Shown piece by piece: positions 25,153 to 38,060 of a DNA stretch of 64,000 nucleotides. Each line of letters starts with the position of its first letter. Positions within the stretch are counted from its first letter, which is position 1. The translations under genes were made by a program, and so were the position numbers. The notes below the pieces were generated by a model. That model worked only from the letters and a program-made list of their open reading frames with translations. It made no database searches and was not told where the DNA came from. This DNA is from Geosiphon pyriformis uo1 (lineage: Eukaryota > Fungi > Glomeromycota): NCBI GenBank assembly GCA_016748015.1, contig JAAOMT010000602.1:134608-198607 (forward strand). The letters are read 5' to 3'.

Positions 25153-26891
25153 TATATGTTTTAATGTATTTTTATACTTAATTATTTAATCTTGTTTTTT
25201 TAATCGAAAATATGATTTATATTGTAAAAATGAGACGAGAGTATTAGAATTTACATTTAGAATAAACACATTTTCCAACTATTAGATCTTGCAAATGTTG
25301 TTTAATATTGAAAACCAATTTAAAAATTATATAAATTTTAAATAAAAATTATACTTTAAAGTTTCAAATTTGAATTATTACATTTAGGAATTTAAGGTAT
25401 AAAAATTCATGATTATAAAAGTAATTAATAATGCTTTTCAATTAAGAAATATTCAAAGCACCAATTTTAAGATTAATTTTTAATGCTAAGATGTATAATG
25501 GAAACGAGATATGTTTGATTTTAATGTTTACATTTTTGAGGCGGACGATTTTTAATTTAATTAGGACCCAATTTTCAATGTTACGAGTGATGGTTTTAAA
25601 CATGTAATTTTCACTCTATTGCCAGTTTTAACTGTTCATAATAAGAATTTGGTGCATTTGGATTAATGTAAGTTTAAAATGGCCATCAATTGTTTGAAAC
25701 GTTTTCAAAGCAAAACTCTTTTGAGAAGAATGAAACACAAGTTTTTAAAAAAGCACTTCTAGTTATTATGGATAATGAAAATATTCCACAAATGCAAAAT
25801 AAGCTAAAGCGGGATAAAGTGATGAAAAAACTAAGTTGGTTGTACGAGTAAAATTTTTTCAAAACCTCAAAACGAGCAATAATATTTTTTTAGACGACAA
25901 AAAACTTGTCTTCCTTAAATTTTAAAATGAATCCAAAGACTGTTTTATTTTATGTAATGTTTGAAGGACTTGGACGAATTAATCCTTAATAACTTGCAGA
26001 AAAAATTCAAATTTCTAATATTTCAAAATAACCATTTTAATCATTCACATACCACCACCAACTCTTTGAATATTTTAGTCCTGAATTTAATTGAAGGATA
26101 TACTTGGAAGATTTTAATTTGAAATTAAAAAAAAAAGACTGCTTCAATTCCTTATTTATCATGGGTAATACATTAAAATTCCACTTACAGCATTTATCGT
26201 AAGTTAGTTGGGAAAAGGAATTTAAAATGTTGAAATTTAATAAAACCATCACCATTTTTGCAATATTTAACAATAAAATTATTTTTGGCAAGAGTGGGGG
26301 TAATAAACAAGGATTTCGTGTTCTAGCAAAAAAAAAAATCACTTTTTCTTAATCTCGAGTTTTGGTCCATAAATCACTTTAGAAGTAACCCTGACCGATT
26401 AGTTTATATTCATTTCATATATATTCATTTCATGGGAGTGTTGCCCAACATAAAATATATCGAATTTTCGGAACATCAAAGAATTCTTTTGAAGAATGTT
26501 AAGAGAAATTTCGAAGTTGTAAACCAATTTCTTATATCGCATATGTCGCTGCTCTCTTCCCAATAATGGACGAATAGTTTGAGTGCAAAGTAATTCGCAA
26601 ATGAAAATGCACACCATTTGGCATTCAGCAGGTAAAGAATATGATTGCTAGGTCACATTCGTACCGGGTAGCACTACATACTACAGATGTGTCTAAATGA
26701 TCAATTTAGGCGAACCAGAACTAATAAAATGCAAATATATAGTCCCAATTTCAGATTTACTATTAAAAGTTAGGAAAATTAATTCTAAATACCATGCCCT
26801 TTGGCCGTCTTAACAAATTTCTAGACAGTTTTTTGACTTAATTCTATATATTTCCTGAAATTATTTTCCAAAAAGCAGACCGATCAAGAGA

Positions 26892-28266
26892 ATGGGGATA
26901 GCATTAAAAAGGCCAGAAATTGTTTCCATTGGATCAATTACAGCCAATTATTGCCCTACTCTTACCCCCGAAACTAGATATCGATTTTTTAAAAATTGTG
27001 TTCGATGTAAACAGCCAAATTCTTCCTATGGTTGGTGTCAATCTTGTGAATCTGCCAATTTTCGTAAAAATTTTTCTTCATGGACCAGTGGCAACAATGA
27101 ACTCGATCAATTAATTCGAAAATCACAAAGGAAAGCTATTACACCCAATGATTGTTTAGAATGGATACCTTTCAAACATCTTGAAAAAATTGAATTGATT
27201 GCCTTTGGTGGATTTGGTGAGGTATCAAGAGCAATATGGGTTGAAGGACCAAGATTTAAATGGGATGAAAGATTGAAGCAAAGAATCAGAATCGGGCCGA
27301 TAGAAGTTGCATTAAAGGAATTTTATAACTCAGAATATGTCAATGAAGAATTTCTTGATGATGTATGTCTTTGTTATTTTTGTTAACTGATTATTTAATG
27401 AAATATCTATATTTAAATGACACGCTCAGAGTAAAAAATTTTCCCTTTAGTGGTATCTTGAGGATTCTAAACTATTTCAGAGAAGTAATATTCGGGGACA
27501 TACTTCATCATGCTATGGAATATCCCAGAACCCAAATACCAAAAATTTCATTCTTGTAATGGAGGCTGGCTTGCCGTTCCATGAAAATTGCGTGAAAATA
27601 GCTCATGAAATTAGCTGGATGAAGAAACTTGAAATTCTGTATGAAATCGTGATTGCGTTATCAGCCCTTCATAGCGCAGGATTAATTCACGGCAATCTAC
27701 ACGAAGGAAACATACTTTTTAATCTAAAACATCCCAGTTATTTGTATTTAAATGATATTGGCTGTTTCTATCCTGTCAATGAATCTCAAAACGCAGGGCA
27801 AAATTTATTATACGGCGTTTTGCCATATCTTGCACCAGAACTTTTAATAGGAGGAACTAGATCTGCTGCAACCGATATTTACAGTTTTGGGATGATTATG
27901 TATAGCGTAGCAACCGGAAAAAGGCCATTTTTCAATTGTACCCACGATGAAAAATTAGCCTCGAAGATTTGTCGCGGCACACGTCCTAAAGTTTCGAAGG
28001 ATATTCCCGAGAGTTACGCGATGCTAATGAAACGTTGCCTTGATGAGGATTACAGAATTCGTCAAAAGGCATCAATAATCGCCGATATTATTGAAGATTG
28101 GATGGCACAATTAAAATTTGCAGTAGATGATAGGATTTCTAAAGAATTTAAAGAAGCTGAAGAAATTCGAAAAAAAAGGTTGAAATCAGGGGTGAAAATA
28201 GAAATTAAATCACATTCTGAAGCGGTTTACATTAGTAGACTTCTCGATTTTCCTAAGTTGAGATAA
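26892..28266 (+). CDS. Tyrosine-kinase-like (TKL) protein kinase, probable pseudokinase, ~428 aa, 2 exons (26892-27362, 27451-28266)
   Basis: Glomeromycotina-type N-terminus CxxC..WCxxC..WTSGN..LEWIP, then GGFG, VALK, YGISQNP, HGNLHEGNIL, DIG, YGVLPYLAPE and DIYSFG. Confidence 0.88.
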
Positions 28267-29785
28267 AAAAAATTACAATCAATTGTGGGTTTCCTCTTGT
28301 AATTTTTTGATAAAGAATCTGTTAAATAGATACTTGATAAAAAATTTTCAAATAAAGTTTTATCTTGAATTTTTTAAAATGTGTGAGAGAATATTGAACC
28401 ATCAATTTTATTAAAGCATTTAATTGAATTAAGTAAGATTGAAATCTTAATATGCTAAAGATGTTGTTATCACAGAGGCTACTTTTTTATTGGAAATTAG
28501 CAACCTATAGCATTTTTGAAGCTTGATTTTTTTAATTTTTAAAGTCATAGTTTTTTCCAAGCACCTGACATACCAGGTTTGTTATACCTGCGAATTAAAT
28601 CCCAGCCAACCAAACAATAATAGCAGGTTTTGTTTTAACAAATTTTTTGCTTAAAAATATTCATGATTGTAAGATAGTCATGATTAAGACGTTTACAAAG
28701 ATAATTAGACTTTTTGGGGGACAAAAAATGCTCATTTGATGTAATTCAATTAGAAATGCACTAATATCTTGAACATGTTATTTTACATAATTTCTCCCTT
28801 AAAAAGACTGAGAATGTTCCTTCTTTTCAAACAGATAATTTAAAGTTATCTGTTTGAAATATTTAAAAGCATATGAATTACATCAAAATAGAATTTCAAT
28901 CTAATCTATATTGTTTTGAAAAGTGGTCAATGCTACAAGGGTCACTATGGTGTTATTTCAATATCAAATTATTTTGGCATGTATTGGTTCTTAATTGATA
29001 TTTTTCTCGGCTTCAGAACTTGAATAAAGAATTATGAGTACTTAAGTGTCAATATTTACAAGTGAAATATTGAAAAATACAAAACTATGGAGAAATACAA
29101 AGCACCAATCGGTGATCCTTAACCTTAAACAATAATGTGCTATCTTCTCTTTATCAAAATTCGCCATACTTCAGAGCATACTAAAAAAAGTATTTTTCAT
29201 AACTTATTCTAAAGCCTTAAGAGAAAGACAGTTTCTTTCAAATAACTCTCGAAAGTTTTTTATTGGATCTCAATTGTTATTTTATCGAATATGAGCACTG
29301 GGTTCTGATTGAAAAAAATCATAACTTAATTGTAAAAGACCAATTGCATTTGCCCTCATATCAGAAAAGTAAACTTTCATGCAAAAAATTTCCCACATGA
29401 CGCGAAAATGGTCTGCAGACTAATAATTATTTTTGAACGGTTTTTTTTTCAAAACAAACCTTGCAAATTTTGTCAGGCAGGTTCACAACCGGAAGCTTTA
29501 GCATAATTTAGAGTGATTAACGAATTAAAGATAATGATGCGGGATATTTGATTTGAAAAAATTTTCAAGGTTCTAGAATCTGTTCAATTATCGAAATAAT
29601 TTGTTAATATGAAAGAAAAAGCTCAATAAATATCAACTATTTTTCCTTTCCTGAAATTGATGATCTCTGCTGGAAAATTAATTAATACGCAATTCATTTC
29701 TTAAGGACTGAAACCTCGTCTTGATTATCGAAATTTATAAATAATTTTCACTTAGATCATCCATAAGCATAAATATAAATTAAAA

Positions 29786-30913
29786 ATGTCCAACGGTCCA
29801 AACAAACTCTCGCGTAAAGAATTAAAAGGAATTATCGACCTCGAAGAAGTGCCTTCTAATCGTTATGACTACCAAGTTGTCGTTTTAATCGCCCGAATCT
29901 TATATCGCGTACAATTGACTCTTTTCAATAAAAACACCCTTGAAGAGTGGGAAACAGAATCTATTATTCATCGTGAACTGAAGCAATATCATGGATCCAA
30001 AAATATAACATCTTCGAAATTGACAAATGACAGGCCAAAATGTTTGAATGAACAATTTACCGAAGAATTTTGTTTGCTCCTTGCGCATTCAAAATATCCA
30101 TTACAAAACATAGAAAGTATTTTAACTACACAGATAGCAACGTTTAAAAAATCGACAAAATATGAAAAAATTCGTCAAATATATTCCAACATGCGTACTT
30201 TAGCCAGAGATATAATTTCCACAATGAACTCACAACTTCCAAATGAAGATCTCCATTCCCTCGAGTTAAAAAATCCTAGCAACAATCGAAATAACGATGG
30301 CTTAGGAAGTTTTGACCTCAAAAAACCATTCTCACAATTGATTACTTTTGCTGATGTTGAATGCCTTAATTTTGAAAGTAGTGGTTCAGACATTTTACAA
30401 CCCCCATTACCACTTTGCTGGCTCGGCATATTAACAAATGGTCAAATCTTTAGTAGAAGTGAAGTATCTTGCTTCAAATTGCGAAATAAGGAAGGAGATT
30501 CAAAAGGAACAATTTACAGAAGTCAATTAATTAGAATGAAACTTGTACAGACTATTTACAAAACCTCAAAAGGCATGTTGATAGAAAATAGAAAAAAAAG
30601 CAAGGGAAATGTTGCTGAAATTCCCGAAGATGAACCATCCGACCATAAAACCTCCTTTCCCGATTCAAATATTTCCTTGGAGCAGGATCTACATGCTAAC
30701 GTAAATCAATTCCCACTAAAGATTCTGATTCCTATCCCGATCTATCCTCCTAATTTTGCACGTCCCAATTTGAGGCACATTCAGGACCCTCCTCTTCCCA
30801 AATTGAGAGATCTTGGTCCTCCCGTTTATAATTTTAGCAAAGGTCAATTTTCAAATGACAATCAAACTAGTTGCTTTCGTCGTTTAAAAAGATTTCACCC
30901 TTATGAAAATTAA
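29786..30913 (+). CDS. Hypothetical protein, 375 aa, Pro-rich basic C-terminus
   Basis: Long uninterrupted ORF in AT-rich DNA; no motif recognised. Confidence 0.65.
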   Translation: MSNGPNKLSRKELKGIIDLEEVPSNRYDYQVVVLIARILYRVQLTLFNKNTLEEWETESIIHRELKQYHGSKNITSSKLTNDRPKCLNEQFTEEFCLLLAHSKYPLQNIESILTTQIATFKKSTKYEKIRQIYSNMRTLARDIISTMNSQLPNEDLHSLELKNPSNNRNNDGLGSFDLKKPFSQLITFADVECLNFESSGSDILQPPLPLCWLGILTNGQIFSRSEVSCFKLRNKEGDSKGTIYRSQLIRMKLVQTIYKTSKGMLIENRKKSKGNVAEIPEDEPSDHKTSFPDSNISLEQDLHANVNQFPLKILIPIPIYPPNFARPNLRHIQDPPLPKLRDLGPPVYNFSKGQFSNDNQTSCFRRLKRFHPYEN

Positions 30914-32245
30914 GATTTTAAGCATTTTATCCAATCTTCAACGTAAATAACCTCTTTGTCTTTCTTTTTAAGCATCCAATCGAATCCTAGAAATTTTCAG
31001 TGAAAAGGTGATCATTATAGCTTCTTCGTCTTGTAACTTTTTGTGCGACTGTAATTTTGTTTTATTCGGGGTCTTATGGTCAGCAGGAAATGTCATCGCA
31101 GCGTTATTGTTTCTTGACTTCAATCTGCCTAAACATTTTTAGAGATCTGTTTCTGAATTGAAAAATATTTCGATTAATATAAAATTGCATTTTATGACAT
31201 AAGAATGGGTTTAGTAAGATTTAATAAGAGTAATTTTGTAATGCTGATCTCGTGTACCAATTTTATAGTACCAAAGCTATTGAATGAGGAAATTGAATTA
31301 AAAAGCAATAATTTTGCTTTGCAAAGGAACAATATAAGATAAATATATGTGGATACAAGAAGTGGGCACAATTCAAATTGCTTTACACAACTGGTCTTCA
31401 ATACCAAAAATTTTATGACACTGATCATAAATTCAATTTTACTTTGATATGGTGAAAAAGTCTTTGACAATCATTCACAGATCGGGTACTTCAGAACCCA
31501 TCATTTAATGATTCGCTACTCATATATGATTGGCGGGATATGGGATGATCGAATACTGACGCGTGCATGATTGTTTGTTGAGGCGTTAATCCACTGGGGA
31601 GGTGCGTGGTTAAACAATGACATACCCTGAGGCTATTCCTTTTGCGAAATTCAATTCTCAATTTTGAAACCCCTCCAATCAAAATAGTAATCTTGTAGAA
31701 CCTGTTTTTAAAATCTTGAAGGTTAGCGACCCTAAAAATATATTCATTAACCAATATCCAATCCGCGAAATCAAGGGTTTGTTTTCATTTTGAACAAAAT
31801 GCGGAAAAAAACTATTGCCCGCTGAATTTAATTGGATCTATCCATATTCAATCACTGGTAACATTGTTTCAGCTTTCATTGATTTCTTTTTTTAAAGTTG
31901 TCTATTGATGTTAAGAAAAGTCATGAAAATCTCAAAGGATTAAGAGTCATGCATTTCATATTAATTAAAACTCCATTGGCGAATCAAAATGAAAGGTTGT
32001 CCTTCGCCAATTGATGGGGCTTATTAACGGTTCCAGCAAATGCCCTAGCTGATCCACCATTGTCTGTCGAATCTATTGATCTATTTATCAAACACAATTC
32101 ACCTGTCAAATTTGCATAAAATCTCAATCATTTGTGATCGCGTCCCGATATCTGTTAGAAATTCATTTCTTCATCGTTAGAATATCGCTTAAATACTAGT
32201 ATATCAATACTTTTTGCTAACTCATAACTCTCTTCATTTTAAAAG

Positions 32246-33036
32246 ATGATTGCTGAGCGGGAACCTATCAGAAAATTCTCATCCTCCTCACATCAAACCC
32301 AAGCAGATAAAGATAAATATACTGATGAACTACACGCTGACCATTATTTCTTGAGAGAACTTTATGGAAATAACATTTATGCCTTCCCTTTGAAGAAAGA
32401 ATTGAGAGTTGGTATTGATGTCTGTAATATTGGGTAACTTCATCTTTCCAAAAAAAAATTATCTGATCGATCAAAAATACATAATTCACCAAAATTTATG
32501 TTGTAATTCTTTGAAGTTGTGGCGCAGGAACATGGATCTGTGAAATGGCAGCAAATTTTAGTCATTCACGTTTTCAAGGCCTAGACGACGCCGAATTTTA
32601 TCCCATAGCGGTAAAGCCAAAAAATGCGGTCTTTGATTATGTACGAAAGCTTCATCATATCCCTATTCTCGACCAATCTTATGACTACGTGCGATATTGC
32701 AATTATGCATCACGACTTTCGGGATCGCAGAAAGCATTCGAGCCAATCCTACATGAAATGGAACGTCTTACACGAAAATATGGTTGGATTGAGGTTATAG
32801 TCTCGAATAAGGAAGCGCTGGATTGCATAATTGAATGTGGTAAGTTGACAAAAGTAATGCTTAAAATGGCTTGAATATTCTACGTAATTTCACGCTTAAT
32901 TGCTTGCTTTATAGACAACTTCAAAAATATCCAGCATGAAAAACGAGAAATTCCTTTGAAAGGGCGTCGAGGTAAAAAGCAGAAAATATATAGGATATGG
33001 GCACAGAAAATCGGGATGCCGTGTGCAATGCTTTAA
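32246..33036 (+). CDS. Divergent/shortened class I SAM-dependent methyltransferase (LaeA-like family), 3 exons; possibly decaying
   Basis: HYFLRELYGNNIYAFP, VCNIG|CGAGTW (intron 32434-32516), FQGLD, SYDYV, EMERLTRKYGWIE and FKNIQ..EIPL. Asn replaces the usual Asp of motif I. Confidence 0.65.
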
Positions 33037-33478
33037 TAGATATTCCTTTGCCATTAATATTTTTCTTGAATCTTCATTTGCTCAAAAATTTCTGTACATA
33101 AAAATAAAATGATAAAAGGTTGAGATCTTTGTTAATAGCAAAAATTCTCTGAATCATATGGGGCATGCTGCAAAAAAACCAGATAAAGTGAACATTTGAC
33201 ATCACAATGTTAAGTTTTTTTTTCAAGTATCATCGTTATCAACTACATGCGAAGATGATTAGGAAATCGAAATCTTTATTTGGGGTGCTAATATTGTCAA
33301 CTCATTTTTACGTGAGCGCAGGGTGCTTGACCTTCTTGGGTTTATGTGGCATGTCCAAAGTCTTGGAGACATATCCCATGGGCGAAGGCGGCGTTCAATT
33401 TCCCTCAAACGAAAAGTGCACCGATGACCGAAATAACTCCTCCAAGTTCCCCGCACTTTTGATTGGATAGCATTCATC

Positions 33479-35168
33479 TTAAGTATGCCTGTGTAAGCAT
33501 AATTAGAGGATGCCGAGTCCCCACTTACAAGTTTAGATAGAGCCTATGAACATATCGAAGCTCATTTTGTAAAGGTGGAGTTGTGTGCAGAACACGTGCA
33601 GAAAGCCGATGAAGTTCTTGATGGATATCCTCAAGAGCCATATGGGTGAGTTACCTTAATGGTTAACACACAGAAGTTAAAAAAGTTTTTTTTTTTTTTC
33701 AAGATACTTCGTCGTCAAAAGCTACGAGCCAAGCTTCGACTTCATCGTTCATCTTGATCATTTCGATGCGCGCCGCCCTGCGTAGCTTTTTCCAGACTGT
33801 TGATGGAAATCGACTCTTGATAGAGCCACTTTCCCTCTCTTCGCTCAAATCTAGGATATCATAAAAGGCAGCTCTGTTTAAGAAAAATAGTGTAATCAGT
33901 AAAAGAAATGACATCCAGCTCAACAAACACAAAAAATTGAGTGCTAACTCATAATTATCCACTGCCTTCTGTTCTAGCAACTTCGTGACAACATCAATCC
34001 CATCGACAATATAAGGGACGCAATCCTATACCAAGAAATCAACCTGAGTTGAAATTTATATGGAAGGTGAAGCCAAAAAAGAGATCAATCATACCATCCC
34101 ATTGATCATCTCCGGTTCCTCGCTAACTTCAACTGAAGTTTGCTCCTCACGATCCTCACCGCTATCGTCTCTTTGACGCTTCGTTGAGCTCTGGAAAACA
34201 CGAAAAATGATTAAATTAAACAGAACAAGATCATAAGGTCGAATCCAGTAACATCGTGACAAGAGACAAAGTTATAAGTTGGATTGGAATATTCTTCGAC
34301 CTGTTCGTCGGCTAATCTTCGCTTATGGTCCAAAGCAACGGAAGTTGATGCTACCATGACATTGCTCTCCTCATCCTCTTTGCTCAAGCTTTTATTCTAT
34401 AGATTTTATATTCTTATTCATTAATTGATTGAGATCACTTCTAAAGTCAGTATCATTCCACAAATTTCTCACCAAATTTTTCGCCGCCGCCTCATCACTG
34501 TCATTTTGGTCCGCTGTAATAATGTTAAATCTCTTTTTGCCGATTGCATTCGCGTGACTGTTCAGCTCTTTACTTCGGTCTAGGACGTAGTTTATCTAGC
34601 AGAAAACCGTTAGCTATAAGTTATATCACAAAATCAATTTGAGCAATGATTTAATTATATTACATTTTCTTCGTTAATCTGGGGAGCCTTTAGCTCACTC
34701 CGTAATTCGGTAAGTTTAATGCTACATTGCCGATCCAAAATTTTGTGATTGTTCCAAAATGCATCGACTTCTGAAGAGCATATCGTAGTCTAGAAGCTCA
34801 TTAGGATAATGAGGTACAAATCGGGGGATGAAAAAGCAATTAAAACTAAGTTTGACGGCGAGGAAAGTGATATTAATAGTAACTGTATAACATTGGGGAC
34901 TTCGGGTACTAGTGTGTTGCAGCAATGGCTCCGGGCCTACCAAAGAACCCAATCGACTGTGGGTGGATTGTACCACCTTACAAACTCCGGGTTTTACTTC
35001 AAGGGAAGGAATCTTGGCCCATCAAAAGAACTGAAACTTGAAAATCACCTCCCAAATATCAAGCAACTCCTGCGCCTTCCGCACATGAGTATTATCTTTG
35101 CTATTTTTGACAACGGTTTTGAGGAGTGTTTTGAATCTATTGTGTTCCTCTCTTGAATCTTGCTCCAT
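33479..35168 (-). pseudogene. Multi-exon, GC-richer hypothetical gene, disrupted toward its 3' end
   Basis: A chain of GT..AG introns gives MEQDSREEHNRFKTLLKT..LLDIWE|TTICSSEVDAFWNNH..|INYVLDRS..|..AAFYDILDLSE..VWKKL. A frame break near 33650 and a stop at 33479 follow. Confidence 0.5.
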
Positions 35169-35309
35169 ATATAGAAAAGACGTCGCTTTGTCGACCAAAG
35201 TGCGGTAACGAGAGTAAAAGTCAAGGATAGGACGCGTGAATGATATTTACACAGACGTTAGTGGCGTCATCATCCATTTGATATGCAAAGAATTTTACAA
35301 AACCAAACA

Positions 35310-38060
35310 AGCAAATATAATATTTTTTATTAATCTGATTTTTTTTTGTACTATTTATTGTTTTAAGTGGATTATTAAAAAATTGTCTGTTTTAAATGCA
35401 TTTTTGAAAATTTTAATAAACAATCACAATAATTTTTTTAATGTAAAAAAATCCTCAATAAAACCAAAATAATAATTAATATAAATATTACTATTATTTT
35501 TTTATTTACAAAAAGATAAATTTAAATATAATATATTTTATAGATTGTAATAATAATATTATTAAATGTTAACAAGTATAATCCAAATTATAGCCTTTAA
35601 TAAAAGCAGCTCATATATTTTTATATGTAACCAGTAATCCGAATAAAACTAAATTATATTAAATATTACAAACAAATTTTTAGTATTTATCTTATTAATA
35701 ACAGAATTTAGATTTATACTACTTTTAATAAACTTACTTAATCTTTTTTTATTATATTTTATGTTATTATTTAAACAAATATTATCCAGTTTATCCAATA
35801 TTTTTATGTAAAAAAATTTAAGATCTCAACTTAATTTTTAATTTAAATCCAACAAAAAACAATTTTATTTTTATTTTTATTATTAAAATAATTTGTTTTT
35901 GACAAAACCAAAAAGCTAAACAACCAAAATACCAAAAAATTTGATTATTTAATTTATTAATTAATTAATTTAACAACTTAACTTTTAAAATAGTCAACTT
36001 AATATTAAAGTTATCATTAATAATATATAATATAAATTTTAATATTTTGGAAAAATAGTAAAATTTAAGAGTTTTTTTACTAAATATATTATTTTGCAAA
36101 GTATTAATTTTAATAATAGCTTTATTAAAAAGCTTTTTGCTTTAATATAATAATAAATTTTTAATAATATTCAAATTAAACTATTATAAAATAAAACAAG
36201 TTTAATCATTAATCTAAAGACATTATAACCAAAAAAATTAAATTAACTTGGTTTTATATGTATTATAAAAAAGGATAATTTTTTTTTAATTAAACAATAA
36301 TATACTGTCAAAAACCAGTTTAATACTAGATATTTTAAAAAAACATTATAAAAATAAGATCAAATTGAATTAATAAGTCCAATCTTAATAATAATATTTA
36401 AAAAAACTTAAGATATAAACTTTATACAAAAAAACCTAACTTTATTTTTAAAATCCAATTTTATATTAATAAAATTATATACAAATTAAAATATATTTTT
36501 AATAAAAGTTATTTTAATTTTAATAATATATTTAATAAGTTATTGTATTATCAATTATTAGAAAAATAGTATTTTTATTTATATTATTATTGCTTAAAAT
36601 TAACAAATTTTTATACAAATTAATCCTAATTTTATCTAGATTTTTAATTTAAATTTCGAAAAAAGTATTAACAGATTTAATTACTTATAATATTAAATAA
36701 GTTAATTTTAATATCTAAAACTTTGAAAATTTTATTTTAATATAACGTTTTTATTACAAAGATTAAAGTAAAACTTATTATTAAAAAACAATAATAGTAA
36801 AAGCAAAAATAAAATTCAATATTACAATAACTTTAGCAATTTTAAAAGTAATAAAAAAATTAACAAGTTTAGTAATAGTATTTAATAAAACCTAATATTA
36901 TTCTTGATAAACAACTTAATACCAATACATTTTTAATATAAATTATTTTTATTTAAGCAAAAATACCAAGAATTAAAGTAAAAATCATTTATTCAGCAAA
37001 TTTTTAATAATTGGTAATTATTTTCATTGGACAATACAATTAAATATTATTTAAAAACAGAGTTAACAAATATATTATTATTATTGTTTAAAACAAAAAA
37101 GAGCAATCAAAATAAAATTAAGTATTGTAATTAATATAAATAACATAAAACTGGTAAAAATATTAAAAAAAAAAAAACAGATCACAAACCATTAAAAGTG
37201 TTTTGAAAAACTTTTTAGTTTAAAAATATTTAAGCAAAATATTTTTAAAAAATGCTGTTTAACTGTTTTTATAACTAAAATAACTTTTAAATAATAATAC
37301 TTTTATTAATTACAGAAAAAATAGTAATTGTTTTTTTACTTTTTGTTTTAATTGTAATTATAAAAATATAAAAAAAAGAGATTTTCTTATATAATTAAAA
37401 ATAAACTAATTTATAATATTAAAAAAAAACAAAAAGTACATAATTTGTAAAAAATACCAGATTTAAATTTTGATTGTTAAAGTTTATAAAGCTATTATTA
37501 CTAAATAACATTTTTTTAATTTTTACAAAATAATTATATAAGAATAAATATTTTATTAGTATTTAAAGAAAATATTGTAAAAATTAATTTTTTAGAAATT
37601 TCTGTCAAAAAGTTATTTGAAACCAATCAATTATTTTATTTTTATATGCAAATAATGTTTAAATATAAAAAATATCAAAAATATCAAAAATATCAAAAAA
37701 AATATTAAAACAACTAAAATATTGATTAATACTATTACATAAAAAATATAATACATAAGTTATTATAATCTTAAATTCAAATTAAGATAAAGTTATTGTT
37801 AAAAAAAGTAAAGTTATAATTAAGTTATATAATAATATAAAGTCTATTTATTCAACAATATTCAAGCCATTAATTTTAAAGCTTAAACAATTATTGACTG
37901 TGAAAAGTTTTTTGCCAATGATAAATAATTTTTTTTTTTTAATAAAGCAAAAATTTGTTTTGTGACTGTTATTTTTACTATTAAAAGATCATGTAATTAT
38001 AAATTGGCATAATATGTCTTTGTTTTTATATTGAAAAATACTCTAGATATGAAAATTTAA
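35310..38060 (+). mobile_element. AT-rich block 1: hypermutated, probably non-LTR (LINE) retrotransposon relic
   Basis: Almost no CpG, GG or CC. Degenerate endonuclease-like motifs occur in order: LITYNIK*VN (~36677), VFITKIK (restores to ITETK by reversing G>A and C>T, ~36750), SLVIVFNK and TDHKPL (~37180). Confidence 0.5.

Noticed and set aside
25400-25800. Possible IS630/Tc1 fragment (FSLLPVL, VIMDN)
   Set aside because: Only two short motifs and no TIRs found.
31015-31140. Minus-strand fragment PADHKTP resembling PSDHKTS of the adjacent ORF
   Set aside because: The match is too short to distinguish from chance.
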